A stretch of 61,924 nt of DNA, counting the filler, from Basidiobolus meristosporus CBS 931.73 (taxonomy: Eukaryota > Fungi > Basidiobolomycota), in NCBI GenBank assembly GCA_002104905.1. It is 4 parts of 4 records of this genome, joined end to end, with 100 filler letters (N's around TTAATTAATTAA, not from the genome) between each part and the next. Parts side by side here need not be neighbours in the genome. Positions count along the whole stretch, not along the records: positions 21,884 to 38,361 come from MCFE01001121.1; positions 38,462 to 47,556 come from MCFE01001330.1; 2 more parts are not named here. The stretch is one strand, 5' to 3'. A program made the translations under genes and the position numbers. Positions 26,619-38,883 of the stretch are shown in pieces (the stretch's first letter is position 1; the number at the start of each line of letters is the position of its first letter). The notes under the pieces were generated by a model. That model was not told the DNA's origin. It did no database searches and saw only the letters and a list, made by a program, of their open reading frames with translations.

Positions 26619-28400
26619 AGAATTCCAAGCAGATAGTATTTTAACAGTCTCCACTTGGGATCATGACAACCAATCTAGATTGGGTCCAACTGCAGGACCA
26701 CAGTATTTTTCATGGAGCTGGTGAGTTTCCTTCAAACATTTAGTTGTGATTATTCATGGAAGTGGTGAATAGCTGATCACCTAGCTTGGTGTGTATGCTA
26801 GTCAGGCTAGTCTGGTTTGGGAAGATATTGCTGCTTGTCTGACTAATAGCAAGTGTCTGAGATACTGAGAGCTGTAAGTTCAGGGAAACTTGGAATTTGG
26901 CTGATACTGTGTTGGTATTCAGCTGGCCTCTAGTTTGTTTGTTTTTTCCTGAGGGTTAGCTGCTTAAATCCTAGTTTAGGAACCTCACGGTTTCTTGCTC
27001 AGACCCATTGCCCGGATTTACTTGGATTAGTAAGATTCCCTAAGGTGCCCAAGAGCACCCGGACTTTGTGAACATGCATTTGGGACCTTGCAAAGCATAT
27101 TGCATGCATTCATCTTGCCAGGATCCCGCAAAAATCTGGACGCCACTTTTCCATTCAGCCAATAGTCAAGTGAAAACCAGATAGTCCAACCTGTGCTCCC
27201 AGTAACTTCCAATATCTCCAAGACTCCCACCACATTATGTATCAGCAGTTCCACACTGATATACCGGCATCATTGGTCTAGAGCTCACAGGAAGAAGGAG
27301 GGCATCAAGGCAAGGTGAAGGATTTGAAGCCTGCCAGGAAAAGTGGCCAAATAAAATTAGGCGACCTGGCAAAATCCAAGGGTCGGCCACGGTTGGGGTG
27401 ACCGCAACCAAGCGCATATTTGGATGACGTATATATCAACTGCTAGGCAAAGCATTTGGTCGCCATGAAAGTGGTGCTCAGAGAGCCGCGATGTGAGGTG
27501 TCAACGGTGTGTCAATTGCTGCCGGTGGTTGCGTACCCAAAGGTAATCTGGGTAGAGGCGAGGGAGGTTTTTCATCCGAACAAGGCAGAGTGCCCCTGGT
27601 AGAATCAGGTAATGCAGTGATCCATTGGAAGTTTTTGGATTCTACGGATGCTATTGATTAGGCCAACATTTTCGGGCCATTTCAATCGGGTGCCCTATCC
27701 ATGCGCAACCCTTTGTATCTAGTACCAGGGCACAACAAGTTCAAGGAGCATGGAAACGGTGGGAGGGGGTGATTTTTCAAGATACTCGGAGACATGGAAT
27801 CCGGCTCATGGGTCACTTGACAAGGAGGGGTGGTCAGAAATGTTCGGTAGATCCCCGGGCCATACCCATCCTTCTTTCGAGCCGGGTCGGATCGTCTGGA
27901 TGCTGCTGAGGGCATATTGGCCCGTAAGTAATTCACGTATCTCACGGTATGAAGGGTTTGTTCGGTGACTGTCGGAACCTACCTAAAGGCAGGCCATATT
28001 TTACATGCTTTGACCAGCGACGCCTATGTTATTATAGCGGAGATCCCGGTGGTTGAGGCCGACTAAGCCACCTATGATGGGGGATCTGTTATCCCTGCCA
28101 GGTTACACAAGGTTGACCTGGCCTGTGTATATTACGACGTTCGGATGGCCTTAAGGAGGTGCGGGTCCCACGCTAACCTCAAGCATCTTCTCCTCATGCT
28201 ACGACCCGTTGTGTAGACAGGGGCGCACGACAAGTGGTTGGGTTCGTAAGAATGGACCTTTATTACATGATATCTACAGGGAGTGCGGGGAGGGGTTCGG
28301 CACAAGTGTAAGTGAGAAGGGATTATGTGAATACCAGGAAGAATGGATGGGAGTGGAGGTGAGAGTAGCAATGAAGTGGGGAGAATCTCCATCCGATTCT

Positions 28401-29432
28401 TCAGCCCAACCGCACACTTCGGGCCTGCTGGTACTGCGACCTCCCTTCCTCCTGCCATTGCTTCTTGTGGAGTAATTTGCCGAAGCCGTACTTCACACCG
28501 CCGCCGAGCATCTCTCCGAAGGCGACAAACGGATTGGGACTGACGATGGGGGTGGAGGCAGGCTTGGAGACGGGCAGGTTCTCGTGGAAACTGTTGCTTT
28601 TGGCCCGTCCACCAAGAATATCCTTCGTCCCGGAAGGGGTCGGCTTACGCGCCTCGTGGGAGTGACGTCGTCGGGTTTGCTGGGTGGGATGTGAGGGGGT
28701 GGCGTGTACGGTTGGGTACATTGGTTGCTTGGATTTAAGCTGACTTGGCTTTTCATTGGGCTCGGATAGGTAAGAGTTGTTGATGAAGGCGGAGGGGGCA
28801 AGATGGATCCCGGGTATGGAGGCTTTGTCGATAATAATGTGGGTCGCCGGTTGATCCTGGTGACTTGGCGGGCAATCTATGGAGATCTTCGATTGGGGCG
28901 TTTCGGTATGATGCGAGGGTTGCTGGCCAGCATTGGTGGCGGGGGAAAAGTGCATCATGGCGGGAACGGGCTCGGGGTCAGAAACAAGAGTGGCAGAAGT
29001 AACGACTGGGGAACGATCCATCGGGGTTGCGTCGAGGGGGCTTTCAGGGTGGATCTCGTGCAGAATGGTCACGATAGAGTCTGTCTTCTCTGGCATACAT
29101 GATGGCTGTCGAAAGGTGCGGGATTTGGGATGGAGGGTAGATAACTCCAAGACCTCGTCCAAAAGCTTTTGCTCCAAAGACCGCGGGAATTGCGACGGGA
29201 CGGTCTCCGGGGTATGTGTTCGGGTGGCACCATCAAATAGATCCTCCATAAGCTCCTCCGAGAGCCGCTCCATCACTCCAACACTAGTGCGGACCCGGTT
29301 GGCTTTGCTGAACGGCAAGTTGCTATGCGGGTTTGATTCGAAGGGGAACAAGGTCGGGAGTGTAGGGCTCAACACATGAACCTCCATAATGTCTAGGGTG
29401 GGATAGCAGGGATTAAGGATACGGGAAGACAA
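28401..29432 (-). CDS. Hypothetical low-complexity (P/S/T-rich) protein; probably continues in spliced exons toward ~27700
   Basis: 343-codon ORF in CpG-rich sequence with a TATA-like TATAAATA upstream (plus-strand TATTTATA-like ~29519-29526). No domain recognised and downstream exons are unresolved. Confidence 0.5.
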   Translation of the reverse strand: MSSRILNPCYPTLDIMEVHVLSPTLPTLFPFESNPHSNLPFSKANRVRTSVGVMERLSEELMEDLFDGATRTHTPETVPSQFPRSLEQKLLDEVLELSTLHPKSRTFRQPSCMPEKTDSIVTILHEIHPESPLDATPMDRSPVVTSATLVSDPEPVPAMMHFSPATNAGQQPSHHTETPQSKISIDCPPSHQDQPATHIIIDKASIPGIHLAPSAFINNSYLSEPNEKPSQLKSKQPMYPTVHATPSHPTQQTRRRHSHEARKPTPSGTKDILGGRAKSNSFHENLPVSKPASTPIVSPNPFVAFGEMLGGGVKYGFGKLLHKKQWQEEGRSQYQQARSVRLG

Positions 29433-29888
29433 GCTGCGACAAGGAAAGTCGAAATGAATGAAGAGGTTGGAATAGGGATGTAAAGTAAGGGACTTGCGAG
29501 ATCTACTGCAAGGTAGGGTCTATTTATGGGACGGTCGGGCGTCATCCGTACATCATCCTTGCCTTGGGGAGGATTTCAAGTTGTGATCACTCTACTCCAG
29601 TCATATGGATCCCCTTGCACCGTGTGCCATATTACTCAATGAATGATCGTGTCTAGACCAGTTTTGGAAGGCGGTCATTTGGCCCATGTAGCAATTCCAT
29701 GCATCTCGTGCCGAAATCGATTTCATCGAGCTTCACTTGGTCGAACTAGATATCAGGAAACCGCATCGAATTCTCGCTCATAAGGTGCCAGTCCAGGCTC
29801 ACCTCCCATCAACCAAATCGACATCCAAAATGACCACCAAATACCCTGACGCTTGTTCACCCGTGATCAGCTGACCTTCCCCAGTCCC

Positions 29889-29904
29889 AACCCTAACCCT
29901 AACC
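29889..29904. promoter_or_regulatory. Interstitial telomere-repeat motif (AACCCTAACCCTAACC) in a divergent promoter
   Basis: About 2.5 CCCTAA units seen between the divergent hypothetical and velvet genes; function is inferred. Confidence 0.4.
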
Positions 29905-30100
29905 TCACTTCGCCACTTCCGCATAATCTATGCATGCCACAAACCAAATTGCCATCTACAACAATCATTTGTTAGACCGATTAGTTTATAAATTGCATCC
30001 GAGTCGACAATTCACCATTCTAGAATGCCTTTCCTCAGAAACAAATGAAGTCGCCTTTAGACGAGCACAGCCACCCCCCCCATCGCGATATAGATTGGGT

Positions 30101-31593
30101 ATGGAAAACCCAACGAAGCCGAAGTCATTAGGTAAGTGAGTGCCCTATATGGCAGCATTATCGGACTCAATTGAAGTGGGCCATCGACCGTGACTTTTGT
30201 CACCAGCAAACTCACGTGAAGGGCATCGCACACCTGGACATCCAAATAAGTCTAAATTCCCATTGCTTGTAGGTGCTCACTGTCAATCAATCAACTTCAA
30301 TATCCAACGGTTTTAGCAGTGATTTGGCGTTCCTGACCCCGTTGGTCAATCCAATCACCTGTCTCCTTCGCGGGACCAACGGGAGGGGGTAAAAGCGCAG
30401 AGGTTTGCTCGGTTGGTGGTTTGTAACCTTTCTTAACTTGATTCCCAGGAGAACCTCTCGAGGCCCAGTTATCCTTCCTCTACTTACCACACCCATATCT
30501 CTCCAACATGGAATACCTGGGTCAGCCCAGCCAAACTCAAACTCAAACCTACCCGAACCTACCGGAAGTACAGGTACACAAGGTTGAACCCAACCTGGTC
30601 GCTCCTCCAGGTGAATTTCCTCGCGACGCCCCAGCTTCAACCGGCTACTCTTCTTTCGGGTACCAGAACGGACAGTACAACGGGTCATGTGCAGACTATG
30701 CGCCTAAACACACCCACAGCAATGGGCAAACCGCGGCCTTCGACCCAAGGTCAGTCCCCACGCGAACCTACCCTTTCGTGATCTCCAGTCGTTTCTGACC
30801 TAACCCACACCTCTCTATTTCATTTTCAATAGAACATATGAGCTTCAAGTATGCCAACAACCTTTGCACGCTCGCATGTGCGGCTTCGGGGAAAAAGATC
30901 GCCGTCCGATTGACCCACCCCCAATCATCCAGCTAATCGCCAAGGACCAACAAGGCAGAGTGGACGCGAGGTAAGGGTTTTCGTTGATCTCCCCCCCCCT
31001 CGAAACGCCAACCGACTAACCGGCATCACGCCGTTGATTTCAGCGTCCTGCAGAACCCATTCTTCGTTCTTCATGTCACACTCTGGTCGGAGGATGGACT
31101 GGAGGAAAGAAACATCATCAGCAATCCCCCCAAGTCCACCCGGGTCTTGATGGGATCCTTGGTGTCCTCGCCCAACATCCTGAAAAATCCGGACGGGGAG
31201 CAAGGCTGCTACTTCTGCTTCCCCGACCTCTCGATCCGGACCGAGGGCAGGTACTGTTTGAAGTTCTCACTGATGAAGCTGGGAGGGTAAGTTTTGAGGC
31301 GTCGGTGTTAGCTCGTTTGGGTACTAACCGTCGACCAACCCCTGTGTAGGGATGACTGCCTCTCCGAGGCCAAATCCGACATTATCTCGCAGACATTCTC
31401 GGAACCTTTCACAGTCTACTCGGCGAAGAAGTTCCCGGGGATGACAGGTATGTTTCTCGACTCGATCGTATCAACGGACCCCCGACTGACTTGGCCCTCC
31501 ACAGAATCCACGGAGCTCTCCAAGGCGTTTGCCAGACAAGGACTGAAGATCCCCATCCGAAACGACGTCCGACCCAGAAAGGTGGGGGACTGA
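30101..31593 (+). CDS. Velvet-domain regulatory protein (VelB/VosA-like)
   Basis: Spliced exons 30508-30749, 30833-30971, 31044-31286, 31350-31447, 31505-31593 give [33 protein letters not shown]...[20 protein letters not shown]...[36 protein letters not shown] probable upstream exon 30101-30131 splices in frame to 30449. Confidence 0.93.
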
Positions 31594-31882
31594 ACCATCA
31601 AGGCTTCTCCACCTCTTTTCCACGCATCTTTCTCATCACCCCCACCCATTCAATCTCATGTACAGTATGGCAATAAATGACCCGGCAACGATCCATCCCA
31701 TTGGGATCGTCGAGAAAGCTTAACATCGATATGGTTCGGTTTATTCATTGGGAAGGGTTGGCATATGTACAAAATAGGAGGGAATTTGAACAAAACAGAT
31801 TCGACTGATCAATGATAGGGATGGGGTTGGTCATGGTTGGGCATGGTTGGACATAGGGATAGCGATTGTGAATGTGAGGTGG

Positions 31883-32959
31883 CTAATGATAGGGCGGCGG
31901 CAGTGGATCGGAGAAGTGGACCGGCAAAAGCTCCGAATGGCACGATGCCGGAAGAGGGATCTGGTCGTAGCGCGGGGGGTTCTCGCTCATGGTTTCCAGC
32001 GAGGCGGCCATGATACTCAACGGGACTTTGATGACAATGGCGTTGACGGTCTTTCCAGCGGAAAACGTCACCCGGGCCTGCAATTTGTGGGAGATTTCGA
32101 TCAGCTCGGTGCTACAATCGAAGTGGATCTTCTCGGTCGGAGGGAAGGTGACGGCGTAACTGCGACTATAGGAGAAACGAGTCTCCTCGAGCTTGGAATT
32201 CAGGGTGTACCATCGGGTGTCCACCTGACTTTTCCCGCTCTTGGTCTGTCTCAAGGTGAGATTTTCCATCAATTCGAAGGTGATCCCCTTGACCCGCACC
32301 TCCGGGTTTTTCGGTAGAAAGGTCAGGAAGACGGAGAGCGAATCGAATAGGGAAATCACCTGGTGGGAGATGAAGATGGTGTAGTCCAGCATGTTCTCCC
32401 ACGTGTCGACAATCGGATAAGTGGTGTTGAACACGCTTGGCTGCGCAAAGCGACACACCTTCAGCTCCCTCTCACAGATGAGATTCGGCTTCAGCAAGCC
32501 GCGACCCAAGGCTGCGACCAGTTTGTACTTCACTTGGCCGTTTTTGATCTGAACTGACTCGGGGAGGAATCCGTTGAAGACAAACTCAAACGGATACTGG
32601 TGCTCTCCAGGAGGTAAGGTGAAGGGGCCATCTTTCGCCGGCAGCAGGTCCCAGGTGTAGAGGACGAGGTTCTGACGTTCGTAGTTGGCCAGGGGGTTCG
32701 CCACGAATGCTAGATGGGTGGGGCCGATAAGAGACTGGGATCATGAAAGGGGGACAAGTACCAACTTACCGCTTGGCCAGAATGTCTCCGCCTTCCCCTT
32801 TAGCTTCAATGACACGAAATCGATGCAAGTCTCGCGCTTAAGGTTCAGGTGTACCACACCGTGCAACACGGAGCCCGCGGACTCGTTACGCGAACCAAGA
32901 AGGATCAGGGTATTTTGGGACAACCGGATATCGAGCCTAACGCCAAGCAAGGTATTCAT
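31883..32959 (-). CDS. Alpha-arrestin (ART/Rod1/CreD-like) ubiquitin-ligase adaptor
   Basis: Exon 1 32959-32771 (GSVLHGVVHLNL...LKLKGKAET), intron GTAAGT..CTAG, exon 2 32709-31883 (LPPGEHQYPFEF..LPESV...VKYKL.A...ISHKLQARV). C-terminal PPRY and PPPY motifs. Confidence 0.88.
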
Positions 32960-33321
32960 CAGTCTGAAGGAGAACGTTCGCTACTGACAGCTGGCTAGGA
33001 CCACATATATACCCTTCCAAGTCAATTGAGTCATCACCCCTGGATGTTTGATGTGGTGGAGAAGAGAAGTCGTGTGAATCAACCGGATCTAAACCAGGTA
33101 AATCAAGACCGGGTCGTAATAACTGAGGCAACTGACACATCCAGAAAATGCCATTCAAAATGCCGTCCATTAATGAACCCTTGCCCCTGCGTGCCAGACG
33201 TTGGAAATCAGACGAGTCAGATTACGAGCAGCGAATATTACTTGTTTCTAATGAAATGGGTTGCGCCAGTTGTTTTGACCTATTGATGTTTATTATCGGA
33301 CACAGATCAATGAAGATGCAT

Positions 33322-34273
33322 TTATTGAGCACGAGCGAAGGCGGCCTTCTTTTGCTCAACCTTGTTGCGGCGTTGCTTGAGGTTAAGCTTGGCCTTGCGG
33401 AAACGCTTGGTCTTCTCACCCTCGGCAGGCTTCTTCTTCTCGGTGGGAGTGAAGGTGGGATCCTCACGGATCTTTTGGTGGGCAGCCTCGTACATCTCCT
33501 CGACGTTGTCCTCGTTGATACCGGCCTCGAGGTACTTGGCGAATTGACGCTTGTACTTGTCCTCATCTTCTTCGGCGAGGTAGCTCATGTATTCGGCGAC
33601 GTGGCCACCATAGAGGTAGCTACGAAGAACCTCGGAGTCCAAAGACTTGGATTCGGCATCGTAACCGGGGAAACGGTTCTCGGAGTGAGGAATGAAGATA
33701 CCACCGTCGGAAGCACCCTTGAGGGCAGCGAAGACACGGGAACCAGTGGTGGTGCGCTTCAAACCAACATCAAGGAAGGCCTTGAAGGGACGAGGAGCAT
33801 CCTCGAGCTCTTCAACGAGAGAGATGGTACCGTCAGCCTCCTCAACACCTTGGTACTTGTCGGCGAGACCGAGCTTGGTCAAAACACGACGAGCAACAAG
33901 GAGACCAGTGCAGTAAGCAGCGGAGTAGTTGGTCAAACCAACCTTGACACCGTACTTGGGCAACTCGTGAGAGTAGGCAGAGGCCAAGACGAAGTCACCT
34001 TGGATCTTGGCGTAGACGATTTGGCAGATGACATCGCTGTTGGTGAAACGGACGACCAATCTGTACTTGGGGGAGTTGTACTTGTTCTTGGCTTGGACGA
34101 CGAGTCTCTTACGAGCGTAGTAGTCAGTCTTTCCCTCTCTTCTTCTTCTGTACTTGACTTGGAAGCGCTTGAAGTAAGCCTTGTTCTTGACGAGCTTGAC
34201 GAAAGGCTACATAAAGAGAATGCCATCAATAACCATCCATCCATCCATCAAGCGTGTACTGATGACTTACCAT
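33322..34273 (-). CDS. RPL5: 60S ribosomal protein L5 (uL18)
   Basis: ATG-only exon 34273-34271, intron 34270-34207, then [35 protein letters not shown]...[11 protein letters not shown]...KQKKAAF-type C-terminus; 295 aa. Confidence 0.98.
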
Positions 34274-34680
34274 TTTAACGGACGCACGAGGGGATCGAAG
34301 ATTCCGTTGAGTAAAGAGGGGGCACCGTCATTCGGGGCCAAAAACATTTATACCGATGGCCATTTTTTCTCTCCCCAAAGTGGGGTGAGCGATCCTCCGT
34401 TCGATTTTTTTCTCTCCCATCTGCTATTCGCCAGCGATGTTTCAATGACTGCTTATTGGGAGCGATCAGGCACTTGCTGGACTTCGCCGATTGCCATTCT
34501 CTTCCTATGGCACAATGGATCGTGGTAATTATAATCACCTGAGCTAGCGTCTCTGCCCACATAAATAAGTCCGGAGACACTAATCTACTCCCTGCATTAT
34601 AACCAGATCATTGTAAGCCCAAGTCCGCACCCCCAGCTCCATTTGTATCGAGGCCGCTCTCAGCTGCATCACCGAACCCA

Positions 34681-34687
34681 TATAAAA
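34681..34687 (+). promoter_or_regulatory. TATA box of the Galpha gene
   Basis: TATAAAA 57 nt upstream of the ATG at 34738. Confidence 0.5.
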
Positions 34688-34737
34688 GACCACCCTCCCA
34701 CTCGACAGATCCCAAACCGACCCTAACTCAACGCCGC

Positions 34738-36046
34738 ATGGGGTGCTGCATCAGCCACGACAATTTGGACGAAAAGCGAAAGCACGATGAGATCGAGAAT
34801 CTGATCAAAAAGGACAGGCTGTCCCAAAAGAATGAGATCAAAATGCTCTTGCTAGGTATTGTTGAAGTGGGTAAACCCCCGCGGCGAGTCGCGTGCTAAC
34901 ATGACTTCACTCCCCAGGCGCAGGCGAGTCTGGCAAAAGCACGATCTTCCGTCAGATGAAGCTGATCCACAACAACGGGTACGATCAGTGCGAGCGGGAC
35001 ACCTACCGAAACATCATCTCATCAAACGTGGTCCATTCCATGAAGGTCATCCTGACCGCCATGAATGGCCTGAACATTTCTCTGGGCAACGAGAAGAACG
35101 CGGCTGCCGCAGACTACATCACCCATCTACAGCTGGAGATTGATCAACCGGTCGCCCCCGAAACCTTCAACCACATCTCCTCCCTCTGGACTGACCCTGG
35201 AGTCCAGGCTTGTTTCAGAAGGTCCGCGGAATACCAGCTATACGATTCCGCGAAGTAGTAAGTCTCTGACCCCGCACACCCCGACCCAACCTCTCGATCT
35301 AACCCCCTCGGGTCAGCTACTTCGACCAACTTGATAGGATCTCAAAGCCACACTATCTCCCCACCGACCAAGATATCCTGCGCTCCAGAATCAAGACAAC
35401 CGGCATCGCCGAGACAACCTTCAAAGAAGGCAACCTTACCTACCGGCTGTTGGACGTGGGCGGGCAACGCTCTGAGCGGAAAAAATGGATCCACTGCTTC
35501 GAGAACGTCACGGCCATTCTGTTTCTAGTCGCCATCAGCGAATACGACCAGACGTTGGATGAAGACCATTCGGTGGTAAGATGGACTCGAGGTCGTGCTC
35601 ATGTCACGTGTGCCGCTAACCCCGCTCCCTCGCCTTCACCAGAATCGTGTGCACGAGGCGCTCACCCTGTTCGACTCCATCTGCAACTCGGGCTGGTTCA
35701 AGAAAACCTCCATCATCCTGTTCCTCAACAAGATCGACCTCTTCAAGGAAAAGCTGGTCTCCTCCCCGCTGCGTAAGTGCTTTCCGAACTACGAAGGTAC
35801 GCGAGTGTTTCTCCTTTGGTCGGGGTGGTTTGGCTTTCTTTTTTACCTGTGCCTCTAGGTGGCTCCAACTATGCGAGTGCTTGCGAGTACATCACGAAGC
35901 GGTTTACGGCGCTGGTCCAAGCAGCCAACAAACAGGTTTATTCCCACCTGACCTGCGCCACCGACACTGAGCAAGTGAAGTTCGTGATGGCAGCGGTGCG
36001 GGACATCCTGGTGCAGAAAAATCTGGAGGAGTGCGGGCTTGTTTAA
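34738..36046 (+). CDS. Heterotrimeric G-protein alpha subunit, group I (Galpha-i-like)
   Basis: MGCCIS (myristoylation/palmitoylation), [41 protein letters not shown]-terminal KNLEECGLV; four GT-AG introns. Confidence 0.97.
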
Positions 36047-36416
36047 AGGGGCTTTCTATATTTAGTCTTGACGACGTAGAATCGCAGCTAGGACGGTCAA
36101 CGATTTAGCACAGTAGAATTGCAGCTGGAATGGCCAACAATGGTATTTGCTATAATCGGCCAACAGTCCCCCCTCACCACAATCATCATTAAACCTGTGT
36201 TCAGATCATGTCATGGGTGGATCATGTATCATCCATCTTTCATCCTTCATCCAATCTCCATGGATGACTTTTTTTTTCTACCCGCCATTTTTATTTGTGG
36301 TGCGATGGATGAGGTGTGGTCTTTTAGCAGGATCCTTCTCCCCTTGAGCAGAAATTTTCTCCTCTCCTTTAATTTATATAGATTCCTATTAAACTGCTTA
36401 TTATATAATAGTACTT

Positions 36417-37492
36417 ATGTCAGGCCAGGATTCAGCACCGTTCGGAAATGAACTATACGAAGCAGTGGTATCTGTAGGCCAGCCTACATTAGAGGACACA
36501 CACATGGCCCACATCCACACCGCGCTCCCTTTTGATACGGATGGCAAGCTTCTCGCCAGGGGCGAGCCGATGGAATACAGCGCCCATTTGCCTCCCTCGC
36601 CACATCCAGACACCGGGCTGAACCACAACGAAAAGTTCACCACCCCAATCTCCAACAGGGCCGACAAGTTCAGAGATTCCGTGACCACGCCCGGCTCGGT
36701 GGATCACGAGCGCACCTCGCTGAAGCGAGAGCGTTCGGAGAATTGGCAACACCGTGAGACACAATTGCTTATCGAGAAGTGGAAGAAGTACTATCCAAGA
36801 CTCAAGAAGCACAAGAGAAATATGTCGGTGTGGGAGAAGGTGGCTGGAGAGCTTCAGCACGCCGGCTTCAACCGTACAGCCACCATGTGCAAGAGTCGAG
36901 TCCGAGTGCTCATGGCCAAATATAAGGTTGGCTCGAGTTGGTTGGTTTCGGCCCCGGATAGCTTTTATTAACCGATTTTGTTGCCTCTTAGCAATGCTTT
37001 GTTAACAACTCGGAGGATCCAGAGGCAGTCGCGAACTTCGACTACTTCGCTGACATGAAGCTGCTCCTGTCGGGGAATTTCGCTGGGTTGGAGGGGGAGG
37101 ATCGTACAGGCTCCCCTTCGTTGTCGATGAATTCCTTGCGTTCGTACGAGCTCAACCGAGCCAACTCCAATTGGAACAAGCACGACAGAGATTCGGACGA
37201 GTCCGAGTCTGACGATGACTTCGACTCGGAGGGCAGCAAGAAGCGCAAGTTTGCCGAAGAAATCCAGAGCTTGTTGCACCACTTGATCGCCAGGGACGAG
37301 AGAGAGGCCAGGCGCAGAGAGGCTACACGGCAGTATCGTGAGCAGACCCATATCGATCATCAGAAATCCCAAGAGGAGAAGGAGAGGCTGCGGGAAGAGA
37401 AGCGCTGTGCCAGGGAGGCGGAGTCTAGGAAGCTGTTCGAGATGCAAAGCGAGTTGATGAGCTCTCTCATCGAGGCAATCAAACACAAATAG
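36417..37492 (+). CDS. Myb/SANT-like trihelix (GT-1-like) DNA-binding protein with C-terminal coiled coil
   Basis: NWQHRETQLLIEKW...MSVWEKVAGELQHAGFNRTATMCKSRVRVLMAKYK, intron ~36927-36991, FDYFADM, acidic linker, then an E/R-rich coiled coil ending ELMSSLIEAIKHK. Confidence 0.8.
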
Positions 37493-37925
37493 TCCATCTT
37501 CTCTCTCACCCACTCCGCATGTCTACCCTTTAGCCAGGATTCATTTAAATGTAGATAATTTTAGAGATGAATTCGTTGGTCCCTTGCTGCGCTTCACATC
37601 GTCGTCCTCACACTGCCTCCCTTCTAATCCGTGTTTATCAACATTTTTGCGATCCATTAAAATCGATTGATAAATGTATTGCGAGCTCTTCGGTCGCTAC
37701 TCGTTTCTATTTGCCAACCACAAGTGTACAGGTAGCCAGGCCCAATCTGTGCTGCAGTATGAGATATGTGCCACCAATCCCCGTTGGCCCAGCATCGATT
37801 GGCTGCGATCATGGGGTTCGATGAGGAATATCCAGCTTCGAGTTCATCATGCACTAGCTGCTGTTTCACAGAATCCATTAAGCCTGTTGAACGGCACTGG
37901 CTCATGTGCCCATATTGCGATATAA

Positions 37926-38361
37926 ATGTCTCTTGACGGGATTTCGCTCCTCTCACCACACTGTCTATGGAGCCCTATCCCAAAAAAAGATTCCTGGGTC
38001 TATCCGGATGTGTTTAGGTTCAAGGGCTCGGTACTCCCGGCCATTTTCCCGCATATCGTGGCTATCACCGCCTTTACGTGGCTAATAGTCTACTTGTATG
38101 AGGTGAGGAAGATTTCAGCTGGCGCTTCCGAACGCAATCGGTTAGTGTTCTGTGGCCAATTTGCATGTTCCGTCCCTAACAGGCTGCTCGTTTAGTGCCC
38201 TCGCTTTCGGTGGTCGTGGGCCTCCTCTTGGTGTTTAGAACCAACACCGCATACGACCGTTTACGTACGAGGGTAGGCGCTTTGTGGACTTCGCTGCGCA
38301 CCTCCATACGCAACATCATTCGACAATTTTGGATAGAAGTGGTTGAGGAAGATACCACCGA
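37926..38361 (+). CDS. Bestrophin-like (UPF0187/YneE) anion channel, 5' part truncated by the gap
   Basis: DVFRFKGSVLPAIFPHI...intron...SLSVVVGLLLVFRTNTAYDR...W.SL...IRNIIRQFW. Confidence 0.8.
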
Positions 38362-38461
38362 NNNNNNNNNNNNNNNNNNNNNNNNNNNNNNNNNNNNNNN
38401 NNNNNTTAATTAATTAANNNNNNNNNNNNNNNNNNNNNNNNNNNNNNNNNNNNNNNNNNNN
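38362..38461. other. Assembly spacer
   Basis: N run with TTAATTAATTAA. Confidence 0.97.
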
Positions 38462-38883
38462 CACTACCACAATCTGAACTGAAGGAATTACTCTCCAAGG
38501 TTGACGAGAAGGCCAAGGAGCTGAAGCAAGAAAAGAAAACTGGGGAAGTTTACGCTATCAAGAAGAATGCTACGGTTGAAAGACTTGAGACCGCCATCAG
38601 TAAACTTACCGAAAGGATTCTGACGACGAAGACCATGATGGTCGACAAGGATGAGAACAAGACTACTGCTCTTGGTACCTCGAAAATCAACTACATCGAC
38701 CCTCGTATTTCTGCTGCTTGGTGCAAGAAGTACGATGTGCCTTTGGAGAAGATTTTCAACAAGAGTTTGAGAGAAAAGTTCAAGTGGGCCATGGACGTTG
38801 ATGAGGATTGGGTAAGTCTCCATTGGTACGATGTGTTTGAATGATCCGATCTAACCTATTCTTTGTCATTTTAGGAATTTTAA
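38462..38883 (+). CDS. TOP1: DNA topoisomerase I, C-terminal part
   Basis: [51 protein letters not shown] includes the catalytic Tyr; final intron GTAAGT..TTAG, then GAA TTT TAA. Confidence 0.95.

Noticed and set aside
34225-34250. (CCAT)n microsatellite in the RPL5 intron
   Set aside because: Only about four units; unremarkable.
33148-34278. 376-aa plus-strand ORF
   Set aside because: Antisense shadow of codon-biased RPL5; no independent motif.
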